Origin: Klebsormidium nitens
Taxonomy: Eukaryota > Plantae > Klebsormidiophyceae
Direction of reading: 5' to 3'
Assembly (NCBI GenBank): GCA_000708835.1
Contig: DF237019.1
Location: 62,001 to 126,000 of the forward strand
DNA length: 64,000 bases
The position numbers and the translations under genes are program-made. The notes under the pieces were generated by a model. It saw only the letters and a list, made by a program, of their open reading frames with translations, searched no databases and was not told where the DNA came from. This document shows, in pieces, positions 39,490-52,614 of this stretch. Numbering within the stretch: position 1 is the stretch's first letter; the number at the start of each line of letters is the position of its first letter.

Positions 39490-42400
39490 ATGACCGACAC
39501 GCTAGACTTGAACAATGCCCCTCCATTCCCACCTCAGAATGCTGCAGCTCTTACTCTGCAAGCTAAACAACGCGCATCAACCAGAAACTCTGCTTCTTCA
39601 ATTCCCCAGCTAGGCCCAAGCCGGCTTTCCATCACCAGCCTAGCAGCAAAAGGGGGGAGCGCAAATTCTCAGTTGAGGATGCGGGGGGGCTCGGCAAGGG
39701 GGGCGGCACACCCCCACAAACCAGGGCTAAAGCGGCTTCGGCGTTTCCTGCTGGCCTTACTGCCCTTTGCATTTGTTCTCCACTTTGCATTATTGAAGTC
39801 GCAGGCACTCCCGTTCATTGAGGGGCTACGGAAGACGGGGTTTTGGGGGGAGTGGAAGGGCGAGGATTCGCAAGGGGGGGCTGTGCCGCACCTGGCTGCG
39901 GAGACCTTGCGAGACCGAAAAGCACTTGAGAGCAGGGAGCGGTGGAGGGAGGTCCAGCTGCAGGGGGGGTGGGAAGCTGCAAAAGCACTGGGGCTCACAG
40001 TAAGGGGCGGGGAGTCAAATGAAGAGATCATTGTACATGGATTGCAGACCGGGATTGAGGAGGGGGGCAGCGGGAAGCGAGTAGGGCTGGCGCAACGGGA
40101 AAAACTAGACGAGGACGAGGATGACGACGAGGATGTCGACACCCAGAGGGCCATGGCGACAGACCCGCCTGCCGTCGTGGAGCAACTCGCGGCAGAGGGC
40201 GCGAAGGGAGAAATTGGCCTCGAAAAGGCTGGTTTTGACCAATTGAAGCCGGAGCAAAATAAAGAGAGTGCACGGGAAGACCGGACACAGGATACAGGCG
40301 GCCATAACGTGGGTATAGGTGCGGCTGGGGGTGCGTCTGGGGGCACAGCCGAGCAAGGAGAGGATGCTCCACATCGGCAGCAATTGCCGGAGGAGGCGCC
40401 ACGGCAAAACGAGGCCCTGGGGGGGGAGGGGACGGTAGTGGATCAGGGGACGGGCGGGGGCCAAGACGGGCAGCGGAGGCAACAATGGTTGCAAGAGGGG
40501 CAGGAGCGGTCGGCGCGCGATTTTGTAGGTAGTGATGCGCAGAAGCTGGCGAGCGAGGAGGGAAAGGGCGAGGGTCGGGGCCTGTCGGAAGGCGGGGCGG
40601 TCGACAGAGAGGGGGGGGGGGTTCGCGCAGGCGTTGGCTGGGGCGTTGGCGGGGGGGTTGAAGCTGGGGTCTGCGGAGGGGGCGGACAAGATTGTGGAAG
40701 CCGGGGGGGAGGGGGAGTGGGGGGAGGAGACGGAACTAGAGCGGCGAGCGCAGCTGACCGAGGGTGCCAAGCGGGCGGCGTACGGTGAGGTAAAAAGCGC
40801 AGATGTTGAGAAGAAGGCGAAGTCGAGCAAGCCGCGGAGATACCTGTACTTCGGGGAGACGATCGATGACGGCCAAACGGGTGGCCTCATCCATCAGGTC
40901 GGTTCAATCTTCAATGCTTTTTCCTTCATTTCGCCTTGGAGCTTCCCTTGACTGGTTTTTCCATCTGGGTTTTGATAAGTGCAAACCGTGCAGGTTGTCG
41001 ACGTAAAGACGGAGAAAGTTGCATAGTATCGACCAACTCTGCCCCCTAGTATGATGTCAGGCTATTTGATAAGCTATAAATCGATCGCCATCGTGCTAGC
41101 TTTGATGACCAAGACTGGGTCCAATATTGAGGGTGGCAGACCCCACTTCATGAAGTTTCAAAGGAACCTGCAGACCTTAACCCCATGTTAACCCCGGTCT
41201 CCTGTCAGTTGAGCAGCCCGGCCTGCGTGCTGCAGGAGACGCGTTACCTGCGGCACTAGTTCGTGATGCCTACAACATTCCCATCTAAAATTGCCATCGC
41301 AAATCCCCACTGCTTCTCTCACATCATGTAATATTTCACGAATTAACTTCATATTTGCTGGCAGGTCAATGAGGTGGCTTGCGGCCTGCACGATGCGCTA
41401 CCCAGTAATGCCCACGATGTTCCACGGAGAAAGGCCTTCCTTTATTGCCACTGCCTTTCCTCCGCGTCATTAAACCCCTTGTTAACCCTGTTTTTCTGAC
41501 ACGCGAACGGCCTCGCCTGTGAGGTCCAAGAGGCGGGATACCTGCATTGCTGATTTGTGTTGCCCATGACATCCCGCTTAAATTTAACGGCATCATGAGA
41601 CCCTATGACTACCCCCGCCAAATCCTAACTCTGTTAGCCCAACCCCTTGTTGACCTCGTACTCTAGTAGGTGAACCGCCGTGCCTGCGCGCTGCAGGAGG
41701 CGCGTTATCTATGGCGCTACTTCGTAGGTCCACGATATTCTGGTTTGGAAACGGCCATTTTAAGACTCAACAGATCAGCATCCTAAGACACTCCAACCCT
41801 AACCCCCTTCTTTACCCTCTTTCCTGGCAGGTCAATGGTCTGGCCTGCAGTCTTCAGGAGGCGCATCATCTGAAGCAATACTTTATGCCCACTACATTCC
41901 GGCTGGACTCCTGACACCGGTGGCTACCCCCCCAGAAATCCAAACACAGTAGCCTAACCCCTTCTTGACCTTGTTTTCTGGCAGGTAAACGGCCTGGCCT
42001 GCGGTCTTCAGGAGGCGCATCATCTGAAGCGCTACTTTGTGATGCCCACAATGTTTCGGCTAGACGACCGGCATCGGTGGCTGCCCCAGGGCTTCCCGCC
42101 GGAGAAGAGCGTCAACAACTGGGGAGCCCAAGGGCCCGTAGACGATGCCGAGCGGTGGACGCCGCTCGAGACACTGTTCGACTTCAAGGCAATGCGGAGT
42201 AGCAGCAGGTGAGGGCACCAAGAATTGTTTTGCACTGCTTTAAGAAGAGATGATGTCAGGATCCTCTTTGGGCGTGATCGCTTCCAAGTTGACTATTTTG
42301 AAGAGTCAAGTTGGGATGGATGCCAAGGTGTTCCCTTAGTTGTGTAATGAAGAGATCTGCGGAGGCAATTTGATGCCAAGCCGTTACCTTGGTTGTATAA

Positions 42401-45400
42401 AGGAGATCCATGGAGGCAGTAGATCGGCAGAGTCTGCAGAAACGCCCCTGTCGCTTGAGGAAGTTTGTCCCTTTCTTCTCTCAGAAATCGAAGATGATTA
42501 TGGGCGAAACGAGAAGGGGAAAAGCAACGGGTCAGAGCGCTTTTTCTCTGTTGGTGCCTCTTGCGGAAATCCAGGGAACTGCAAAAAGCAGCAAATCTAG
42601 TCCGTTTTACCAAGCATAAACGCGGTGCGTTACATCAAAGTTTGCTCCACGGAAGCTTGATAAGCTACTGCTGGAAACCCTTTTCATTGGTTGCGAACTC
42701 AAGGGGGTTGTGTCCATATCATTTGTTATCAAGGCCGCCTATGGGCCCGGTTAGCAAGCGCAACCAGTGCTTCTTCGCGTATTTCAACGCTTCAATATCG
42801 GCTGGGTGCCCGTCCAATAGCTCCGCTTCCCCAAACTTTCTCCAGCGAACTCACTCCCCTGCACTTAATTTTCGTTTCTGTTAAACCCGATTTGCATCCC
42901 TTCCACACCTCCGCACTTTAGGGGTCTGCGTTGATGCGGAACATTCTTACATCTTATTCCTATCCTCGCTCTTCAGAAACTTGCAGATCCCCATTACAAC
43001 TGCAGGCTTGTTCCCTTTTCCGACCTGCAATGCTTCTTCCAACGAACCTCAGCAACATTCATCATGTAACCGAGGATTTATACCTTGTCTTTACCTTCTG
43101 GTGGTTGCTGCAAACCGATCACATACCATCGTTTCCAAACGGAGTAATCCGGACACTTGCAGCCCCGCACTCAGCTGACACCCCATCGCTAGCACTAAAC
43201 CACACCCTACGACTCTATTCAGACACCTACTGATCCGCACCCACAAATCTTTGGAACGTCGCACGTTCGCCCCTAACTCCGATCCCCGTGACTAGCCACC
43301 CTCAAAAAGGCGGACGTAGTGGTCAAATCCTAGGCGCCTATGTACCAATAAATACAGAACGAATACTCATATCGTCTGCAATCCCACTGGTTTCTTGACC
43401 CTTCCGTCGTCAGCACTAGCCCAAAACCTTGGAGAATGGCAGATTCGCCCCCAACCCCGATCCCCGGTGGCTCGCGACCCGCGAAAGAATGGTCGCGCTG
43501 GTCGATGCCAACCGACTATGTCCCAATGTTATCAAAAGGATTACTCTGGACGCTTGCAGCCCCACACTGGTTCTAAATTGCCAGTCGTTAGCACTAACCC
43601 GGAACTTTGGAGCATTGCAGGTTTGTCCCCAATTCCGATCCCAAATGGCTAGCCACCCGCACAAAAGTGAAAGCGGTGGTTGCCAACTGACTAGGAACCA
43701 ACTTTTACGAAACAGCGTACTCCCAACACTTGCAGCCTCACACCTGGTCTCCAAACCACCCGTCGTTAGCACTAACCCGGGAATTTGGAACATTCGCAGG
43801 TTTGGCCCGATCTCCGATCCCCGGTGGCTCGCCACCCGCAGAAAAGCAAAAACGGTCGTTGATGCCAACCGACTATGTACCAATCTTTACAAAACGAATA
43901 CTCCTTACGCTTACAGCTTATGCCGATCTCTGAAACCCAGTCGTTAGCACTGATCGGTAAAATCCGGATATTGCAGGTTCGTCCCCAACACCGATCCCCG
44001 GTGGCTCGCCACCCGCGAGAAAGCGGACGCGGAGAACGCCACGGTGCTCATCCAGGGCTGGGCCGACCGCGACCTGCTCAACCGGGGGGGCAATAAGTCG
44101 GCGCCCGTGATCGTGCACAAAGCGAGCGAGTTTTGGTTCACCAACTGCCTGAAGTGAGCATTCCGCCCTACGTCTGTCCCGTTCCCTTTCCGCTCTCTCC
44201 CGTTCTGCTCTCTGACTGCTTTGCTCTCGACGTCCTTCCCTTTTCAGGCTTCGCCTCTTCTCGGCTTAAAGAGGGCGTCACAGGACCGGTCCTACAGCAA
44301 GCGACCACATTGCCCCGAATCAGGGCCAGCTTGGTCGCCGAACGCACTTTTCGAGATGGAATCTCAGCTGTCAGATGAAATTGCCCTCAGGACTCAGATG
44401 CACGAGTGTCCCTTGAAATCTGACGCCCTCTTTAAGAAGTGTCTACAGAGCGAGCAAGTTTTGGCTGCTGATCGCCTGCGATCAGATTCCGCCCTGCGTC
44501 TGTGCTGACCCGTTTCAGTTTGATTCCCCTCTTTGTCACTCTGTATGCGTTGCTCTTGCTTCCCTCTTCCCGGCTTTGGCTCCGGGTACTCTCTGGCCTT
44601 GAAATAGTGCCCAAAACGAGCAACATTTGGCTTTGTCTGCTTGCGGTTAGCATTCCGCCCCGCTTCCGTCTGTTCCGGTTCCCTGAGCGGCATTTTGTCC
44701 GTTCTGCTCTTGCTCTCCTTCCCAGGCTTGGGAGTAGGACCATATTGTCTGTGCGGCGCCCCTGCGCGGCATCGCGTAGCACATGCCGCTGGAATCAAAA
44801 TACGTTTGTTGACACTACCAGGTTGCTTGGAAGATGCTCTGCGTATGGATTTGTGTGTAATTGCGAGCCAGGTACAAACCCCCCTGGGTCGCCGAGCGCA
44901 AGTGGGAGTGGGACTTTGTTCTTTTTGCGGCGCCCCTGCGCGGCGCTCAAAGCCCATGACGGAAATAGACGGATTCAGTTGGCACTAAAAGCAGGAGGTT
45001 GCCCGGAAGATGCTGCTCTCCGCATTCTTTGTGTGTGTAAGAACTTTTTTCGGCGCTCCAGGTACAAGCCCCCCGGGTTGCCGAACAAATGGGAGTGGGA
45101 CCACATCGTCTTTGCGGCGCCCCTGCGCGGCGTCGCAGAGCACATGACGCTGAGATCAAACTAGTATAATTGACACTAAAATCAGCAGGTTCCTTGGAAG
45201 AAGATACATTTATACGTGTGTGTGTAAGCATACTTCCTGTCGCCCCAGATACAAGCCCCCCCGGGTTGCCGAGCACAAGTGGGAGTGGGACCACATCGTT
45301 TTTGCGGCGCCCCTGCGCGGCGTTGCGGAGCACATGATCAGCGTCATGGGGGGGCGCGGCAACTATTCGACGATGCACATCCGGCGGGGGGACAAGCTGA

Positions 45401-46814
45401 CGTACATCTCCGTCAAGACGAAGCAGCAGGTGTGGCCCAACCTGGACCTGGAGACGCGGCCCGACTTCATCGCGGCCAAGATCGCGCAGTGGTGAGCCAC
45501 GCTCCGTGTGCTTTCCTGCGGTGTCCCACCGGCAGTTCTTGCCTTTTCAGCGTTCTCCTGAGCTTTTCGCTCCTCGGCACCTCTTGGCTTTCGCGTCCAC
45601 TTAGGGTTTCCGCTCCTCGCTTTTCGCGTCTCTTAGGGTCTTTCGCTCCTTGGTAGCTTATGTCTTTTCGCGTTCTCCTAGGGTTTCGCTCCTCGGCAGC
45701 TCTTGCCTTTCTGCGTTCTCCTAGAGTTTCCGCTCCTCGGATAGCTCTTGGCGTTTCGCTTTCTCCTAAGATTTTCGCTCCTCGGCAGCTCTTGTCTTTC
45801 TACGTTCTCCTAGGGTTTCCTCTCCTCGGTAGCTCTTGTCTTCCTGCGTTCTCCCGAAGGTTTTCGCTCGACAGCTATCCCACGTTTCCTCCTTCGTTGG
45901 CTGTCATTTTCTTTTGGCATAGGGGCAAAAAGTGATTCTCGTGTGGTGGAATCAGTGTCCGATGCGGTGTGACGAGCACGAAAACGTGGAGCCGATTCTT
46001 TGCCTAGAGATTTTCCAGAGTCCAGATTCGAGCATGGTACAGGAGTCGGTCCTTACTGTCGAGCAATGTTTTGCTGCTGAGGTCAACCTCTTGATTCTGA
46101 CCTCCTGCGCTTATACTGATCTTAGAGGCAAAAGTCGGAACCTCTGGCGCTAGATGCTGAAAGGCCAGGTTTCTCTTCGAGGGCCCAATCCCTCAATCTC
46201 AAAAAACATGCTCAGGCTACTGTTGTTACTTGGGTCTGCCTATCCGGGATGATGCGTCTCCCAAGAAACGGGTTGGGCCAGTCCCTATGAGAACTCTCCA
46301 CTGTCGCTCACGATTCGTTGAACTTCCATTTCCTCTCAAGCGTCCGCCAAGTTGGCTGACAATACTTCCCGCTCGTTGTTTGATCACATGTCCATGTTGT
46401 TCTACGAGGTTTGTAAACCAGTCCTTCAGTGTGATGCAATAAAAGAACAAGAGCGCACTACCAGACGCAAAGTTGTTTCTGAGAGGCGGATGTTGGAAAT
46501 CGGCTTGTGTGGGGCGACTATCTTCTGAGCATGGATATCTGCTCTGCAGGGTGCCAAAGAACGAGAGCTTGTACATTGCCTCGAACGAAGCCGAGCTCGG
46601 CTTCTTCAAGCCCTTATCAGAAAAGTATGGCTTCAAGATTTGGACGTACCACGACTTCTTATATGCGCTCAACTTGTGTGTTGACAATGATTACCAACTA
46701 TTTGCGGTTGAGATGGAAGTGGTAAAACACGGGCGATTGAAGATAGCGACCTTCAAGGAAGATAGTCCCCAGTATTACCTGTCGTCACACGCGAGGTGGC
46801 CGGCAGGTCAATAG
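39490..46814 (+). CDS. Type II membrane O-fucosyltransferase-like glycosyltransferase (recalled similarity to the AT2G04280/AT4G12700 family)
   Basis: Exons 39490-40897 (TM helix FLLALLPFAFVLHFALL; frameshift in the G11 run at 40611-40621), 41985-42208, 43977-44153, 45249-45491, 46550-46814. Motifs YLYFG..LACGLQEAHHLKRYFVM, LFDF, MHIRRGDK, VWPNLD, LYIASNEAELGFFKPLSEKY. Confidence 0.75.
41180..42060 (+). repeat. Acceptor-side echo array of GT exon 2 (~5 copies)
   Basis: taacccc..(py)ag|gt(c/g/a)aa.ggcctggcctgc..caggaggcgc units at ~41207, 41364, 41503, 41669 and 41830. The real exon starts at 41985. Confidence 0.85.
43080..44040 (+). repeat. ~178-bp acceptor-side echo array of GT exon 3 (4 copies plus the real exon)
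   Basis: gcactaac..gcag|gtt(c/t)g.cccc..ccgatccccggtggctcgccacccgc units with acceptor-equivalent positions 43264, 43442, 43620 and 43799. The real acceptor is at 43976. Confidence 0.92.
44700..45340 (+). repeat. ~188-bp acceptor-side echo array of GT exon 4 (3 copies plus the real exon)
   Basis: ccag|.tacaagcccccc..tgggagtgggaccacat..tttgcggcgcccctgcgcggcg with AG at ~44725, 44871 and 45061. The real AG is at 45248. Confidence 0.9.
45545..45890. repeat. Pyrimidine-rich ~45-bp minisatellite in the last GT intron
   Basis: About 7-8 degenerate copies of gcgttctcctagggtttcgctcctcggcagctcttg. Confidence 0.8.
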
Positions 46815-48520
46815 ACGAACATGAGTAGAACGTGAGGAAAGAGTTGCGTTTGCAAGATAGTTCCGGAAACTGTATCTTTATTGCATGAGTCAATACTAGC
46901 GAAGCGTGCTGTCTGCATATCATACCGTAAACCTCACAATAGTCTACTCCTCTACCACTTACGTGGCCCAACATACAGCGCTCAAGCCAAACTATCGCTT
47001 TCATTGTTTCTGTGCAATGCATAGGATGTGATATGCAAATCAGCCTAGTAGTGGAAGTACTTTATCTGTGCACAGTAGGGTAAAGGAACTATAAGTTGAC
47101 CCTTGTATATCAGGGCCTAGGGTGAAAGTGACTTAAGTCAGTGAGCGGTCACTCACCAAATCGTGGCTATGTATTGCCAAGAGGCAATACCTTGATAAGT
47201 TCCGATCGGTGAATACTAAGCACACGATTCGCAATCGTGTACACATGTATCCGGTTCGGCCGCGGCCCCATGCACCGCGACGCCCGAAATACACAACGCA
47301 CACCGTCACCTATGTTTGATGTGTATACTTGACCAAGCTTAGTTCTGGCTCTGGTGCGTTGATTTAGAAGTTTCAAGGGGCCTTGGGTTGCCGCAAGCTG
47401 AGTCCGCCTACAACTAAGTTGTACGATCGGATCAGATGTTTAAATACAGCATGCATGATGTCTGCAGGACGTACATTGTACATGCTTGCTTTGATGATGG
47501 GACTCGGAAGTAATCATGCTTAAGCCGTTTAAGTTGGAACTTTGCACTATAGTGCTTCTTCATGAAATGATCACGTATTGAACCGGCATACCATGTTCCC
47601 TCATGCATATATTATATTATCTTATAGCCGACAAAACTCATCACTCTCCTCTCCGCCGCCGTGTCCCCCTCTTTCAGCATGCTCACCAAAAGCAGGAGTC
47701 AATGATCTTCGCTCCGATTCATTGCTAGGCCGCGAACTGAGATATCAGAGTGCCAAGTCGTTACTTCCGAGAGCTGGGCCGGAGTCATCGATCCATCGAT
47801 CGCGCGGGGTCTATAGATGATCGGCTAAAATATATCTCATGCATCACTAAGTCAATTTCCGCGGGCGAGCCTGACGGTTGCACACGTTCAATCATTTGGG
47901 CCGCCGGCACATGTCATATCTTGCAACTATGCTATCAAAGTTGTACGTGTGCACGGCGCATTATTCATGGCTAGTATAGGTTCACGGTTGTATTTTGCCC
48001 GAGCGGTGAAGTATTCACATACAAAATGTTGATTAGTTGGACCTTACTTTGATATAACATGAATCTCAATGATCTGCATGTGATCGAGTGGATTGCAATC
48101 CTCTCATTAGATTGCGCACTTCATAAGTTATAAGCTAACGCCCGTCTACTCTTTACCATGTCAAAGCCAACAACCAATTGCCTTCGATCTTGTCATGGTC
48201 GAAATCAAAGCAGGAACTCATTTTTCAATGATGAGCTTGAACCTATGTCCTATACATACACACAATATATGTGCGGTCCAGATGTACCTAGTTCTAAAAA
48301 CCCAATAGTATACATTGTACTAAAGTCCTTGGCTAGCAATATTTGTAGGTTCCTTGCATAGACAACCCCAAAAGTGGACTTTAACTTGGCGATATCAGCT
48401 ATAACTTTACTAGCTCAATGAGCCCTATGCTAGGAAGTCTAGGTCAATGGCCAGCTAGGCTTTGGATGTTCACTGCTTTCAAGTTGAGAGCTGCTTTGCT
48501 GGCGCCCCCAAAGCAATCCG

Positions 48521-51500
48521 CTAAGCTCTCGGTGCAGATTCCATAACGACTGCCGTTAAGTTGCTATTATAATCACAATTTTCATGCCCACCAAAGTCCA
48601 ATGGTGACTCTTCATCAACCTTACTGATTGCCCTATCGATTGGGCTTGTCGAACCATTGTGCCTCGACACACCGGAAAACCCTTGCCCAAGCTCGGATGA
48701 CATTTCAAAAGCCTTCGATTGGACGTCTGGATTTGGTGCAGCACTTGGACGCATACTAAAACGTCGACTAAGATTGAAGCGCTTCCCATGTACAGCTAAC
48801 GCCTCGTTTGCACGCTTCACTTCTCCTTTTAATCGTGGAAATCGTGCCAACAAGTGGACGGAAAAACGTTCTCCCAGTGCCCAAAGAAACCCAAAAGCAA
48901 CAACGCCGAGCAAAAGGTACCACATGCCAGCAAATTCTTGAACCGAAAGAGACTTGTTTGAGACCTGCAACAAAACATTAGACCACAGCCGTCAACAATG
49001 ATCGCCCGCCACAGCAGTAAAACAAACACAACAAATACAGACCCGAACGAGAACAAAACCATGGTTGTAGAGTCTAAAGTGCCCGTTTGGTAGAGACCCC
49101 GAGCACACCAGATAACAAGAATCTCGAGCTAGAACCAACATCGCATCGCAAATGGCTACATCTTTGCAGACACGTATTCCAAGAGCAGTCATATCAGTCA
49201 GTGCAATAACTCACCCCGTCCGACGAACACACGTCCAAGTCGTCGATCCACTTCTTATGCAACCCGTCGAGAACACCATTGAGTCCGAGTTGCAACATTG
49301 CAGTATTCAGGACCTTTGTCAGATTGGAGTTCTTTTGCAAACCGAAAGTGTAGACACCTGTACACAACACAGTCGATCAAAGAACAACAAGAAACAGTGA
49401 GTACCAACAACCGCAAGAGGTCTCATTGCCTCAATTCTTTCCCCTACTTTCGAGGTTCCTATTCAGCAAACGGAACGCACAAACCCTACCGCTGGTCCAC
49501 TTTTGTCAACGCCTCATGAAAGCGCCTAGCCTAACTAAGAATGGAAAAGAAACCAACCTCAAACCTTGGAAACTGTTTGACAACACGTCAGTGACCAGAT
49601 TCATTTGCGATTCACCGCTACAGCAAAGAGTAGATTCCACGATCTGACGGTAATTGTCCGTTTTTTGTCCGTTTTGTCCCTTTTTTTGGTCCGTTTTGTC
49701 CGTTTTCAACGCTCACCAGGTCCAAACTCGGGTCCCACAACCTGCAGGTCGCATGGAGGCTCTCCCCCGAAATGAAGAAGGGTTGGAAGGTCCGTAAGGT
49801 ATGCGACCACTTGGCCGGAACGAACCATGTTGAGTGCGGCAGTGTTGCCCACTACCGTCTGCAACCACCAGATTCACGGTTCTTGCGATTGTCGTTCCCT
49901 GATCTTCCGTGTTTTTTAGAAATTTGAAAGGACTTTGCCATTACCGCGAAACATTGAAGTCAGGGATCCCATTTGGACATCGAGGTCCAACATGGACAAT
50001 CAAGCAGGTAGCTCTTTTATCCAAATCTCGTGCTGAAACGAATTCGACACAAGCGGACTTCCTCACGTAATGCACGAGATTGCGGCAACATGCCGCAATG
50101 AACCCAAGTGCTTGTCACACGGGAAACGTGGCAAAGTTTGATTGTGAAGCGCCGACTAACCTGCATCTTCGCTTGCATCAAAAGGATGGAGGGGTCCATA
50201 CTCCGCGTGAAGTAAGTAAACGTTGCCCCACCGGTGTTGACCACGAAAGGAAGCGCCTTTCGCCGGAGGTCGGCGAGGTTGCTAACCAGACTACTGAAAG
50301 ACTCGACTGTGAGCAGACTCGCGAGGTTCGCGGTGAAAGAAGCGACTACCACGACCATGAATAGGTAGAAAGCGATGCTTGGGAGTCGGACGGCCCAGCT
50401 TTTGCTGGCCGGAATCGGGGGGTTTACGACGGTTGCCTGCAGATGAGGGGAAATTGAAAGAGACTAATCGAAGCGACTCTCACGGCATAGAGCGAACCTA
50501 GAAGCAACCGTGCGGACGAGGATACTGGGAAGTCGTTTCTCGAAGTCCTAGCTGAACTATGTCATGCTTGGATTGCCCAACCTTGCACACTAAGGGCCAC
50601 ATTTTCAATACAAACAATTTGCACACAAAGGGCCTACTTTTGGGTACAATCACTGAGCTATCAACGAGAGGAATCAGTCACACAATGAGCAGCCATTTTC
50701 CGGTGCGTCAACTCACCATCAACGCGTCGAGGAGGTACGATGAGTTTTCTGCAAGGAATAGGACGATCCTTAGCAAGATAAGACACCAACGGATTTGCAA
50801 ATGCGGATTGTCTAGTTGCATTGACGTTCCCACTCAATGTAAGAGTTACTTCTTGCCTGATTCACAAATCAAGCACTACTTCTCAACTGAGGACTCGCTT
50901 CTCGCCAAACAAAGAATATATTGTTGCCTTGCAAGCATCTTTACCGCAGATGTCACGTTCTCAACATGGACCAAAGCACAGACTCATTGAGCAGGATCGC
51001 CTTCATCAGTCACAAACGAGTTCAAGTTGAGCGCTCGTGACGACCTAATTCGCATAAGAATGTGGGATTCCCTGAGAAGCTCACCGGAATGGATCACGAA
51101 CTCTTCGATCCGGGCGTTGGAGGTGACGTTGCGAATCTTCTTGACCTCATAGCGACCATAAGGGGAGACCCACGCCAATAGGTGTAGAGATAGCGTGATG
51201 AAAACGACGGTGGCGATGAGCGACAGCCACAGCTTGGTGGTAAAGGGCTTAAGGAACACAGTAACCCCATCGAAAGTGCCGCTCTGTGAAAGAAAGCGAA
51301 ACCATCTTGAGACTGAGTTTTGTTGGCCTTGGCTAAGCTGCGGAGTTTTCACGACCTTGCAACGATCTCAGGAAGGCCCACGAAAGCATTTCAGAAGGAG
51401 CAGCCAAAGGACCTGACAAAGCAGGCTCACTGGAAGTTGATCAACTGTTAGCATGCGAAGTGGGCACATGGGACTTGACACGCGCATCTGAGAAGACTCC

Positions 51501-52614
51501 CAACCATGTTTGTGTCACTTTCCTCACGGTACTTACGCTAAGAAGGAGGGCTGCTTGACGGCCTCAAGTTGAGAATCAAGCGCAACAACTGGAACTACTA
51601 CCAAGTCACTGAAGTTACCCAAATCAAGGCCACCGAAGCCAGCACAAATTTGTTTCGTGAGCGACCGCCCCCTACACACGGTGCCTTAGCAGTCGATCCG
51701 ATTGCACTAACAAAATGATTAGAACCCCTCTACCTCAAGTTCTCTCAACTTGAATTGTTAAACCAGGGTTACGGTCTAACCTCTTTCTTGACAATCATAC
51801 CGAGCCCTGCCTCGTAGTACGAGTACGACATGTCGATGGCGTCGGGCCGCCCCGGAGCCAAGCTAAGCGGAAATGCTGCGATGTCGGCCCTTCCAGCCAC
51901 CAACTCGCCGATGACACCTGGAAGCGTGAGGCGGCAAAAGAGGCGATAAGGAGGCAAAGCGGAGTCCAACAGGAAGATGTCTTTGTGTTCAGATGTTTCT
52001 CTGATGCAAGTTCCGCGCGTCTTCAGGCTTTTTCCAAGGTGCAAGTTCGGGGCGTGCGGCACCCATGGACCGGCATGTCTAGAGAGAATGCTTTAGACCA
52101 AAGGAGCAAGAAGGTAGAGCATTAGCAACGTATAAAAACTGAGTCAGCAATGTTGACTGCACAAGGAAGGCGTATTCCGTTCAAGGTAAGGGCAGGTTGC
52201 GGGTGTACTACAACAAGGTGACAGTTGGATATTGACACCGATTCTGAGAACGACTTGATGAGAAAAGGGCTGAGAGAAAAGCCAGCTTTAGGAGAAGGGC
52301 TGCGAGACAGAAGGTCCGATCTGGTTGCCTCACTTACCAGTCCAAGTCCCATTTGGCTGGAGCACTCCTCCGGCATCCAGTGGGGTGTAGTAGTAGTCGA
52401 GCGTGACATTCATACCAGCATATTGGAACAGCAAGGGTAAGAGGTCCACGAGCATCCCATAGAACGGTACTCCCGTGCCATCCCCACCGGTGTTCTGAAA
52501 GACGAATGGCGGCCGCTGCGCCGTGACGACTCTGAGGTGCGTCGCCATGTCGTCGAGCGGGGGGTGATACAACCTTCGCTCTTAAGGGGGGAAGTGCATG
52601 TTGACAAGGGGAGC
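48521..52614 (-). CDS. Glutamate receptor-like (GLR/iGluR) channel, S1-M1-pore-M3-S2-M4; 5' end unresolved
   Basis: Minus exons ~52570-52338 (LRVVTAQRPPF..GMLVDLL..NGTWTG), 51917-51781 (GVIGELVAGRADIAAFPLSLAPGRPDAIDMSYSYYEAGLGMIVK), 51283-51085 (FLKPFTTKLW, M1), 50748-50717, 50436-50161 (SFTANLASLLT), 49858-49717, 49357-49215 (LHKKW), 48964-48521 (M4: FAGMWYLL). Confidence 0.85.

Noticed and set aside
39669-40890. Long minus-strand ORFs over GT exon 1
   Set aside because: They are antisense shadows of a G-rich coding exon.
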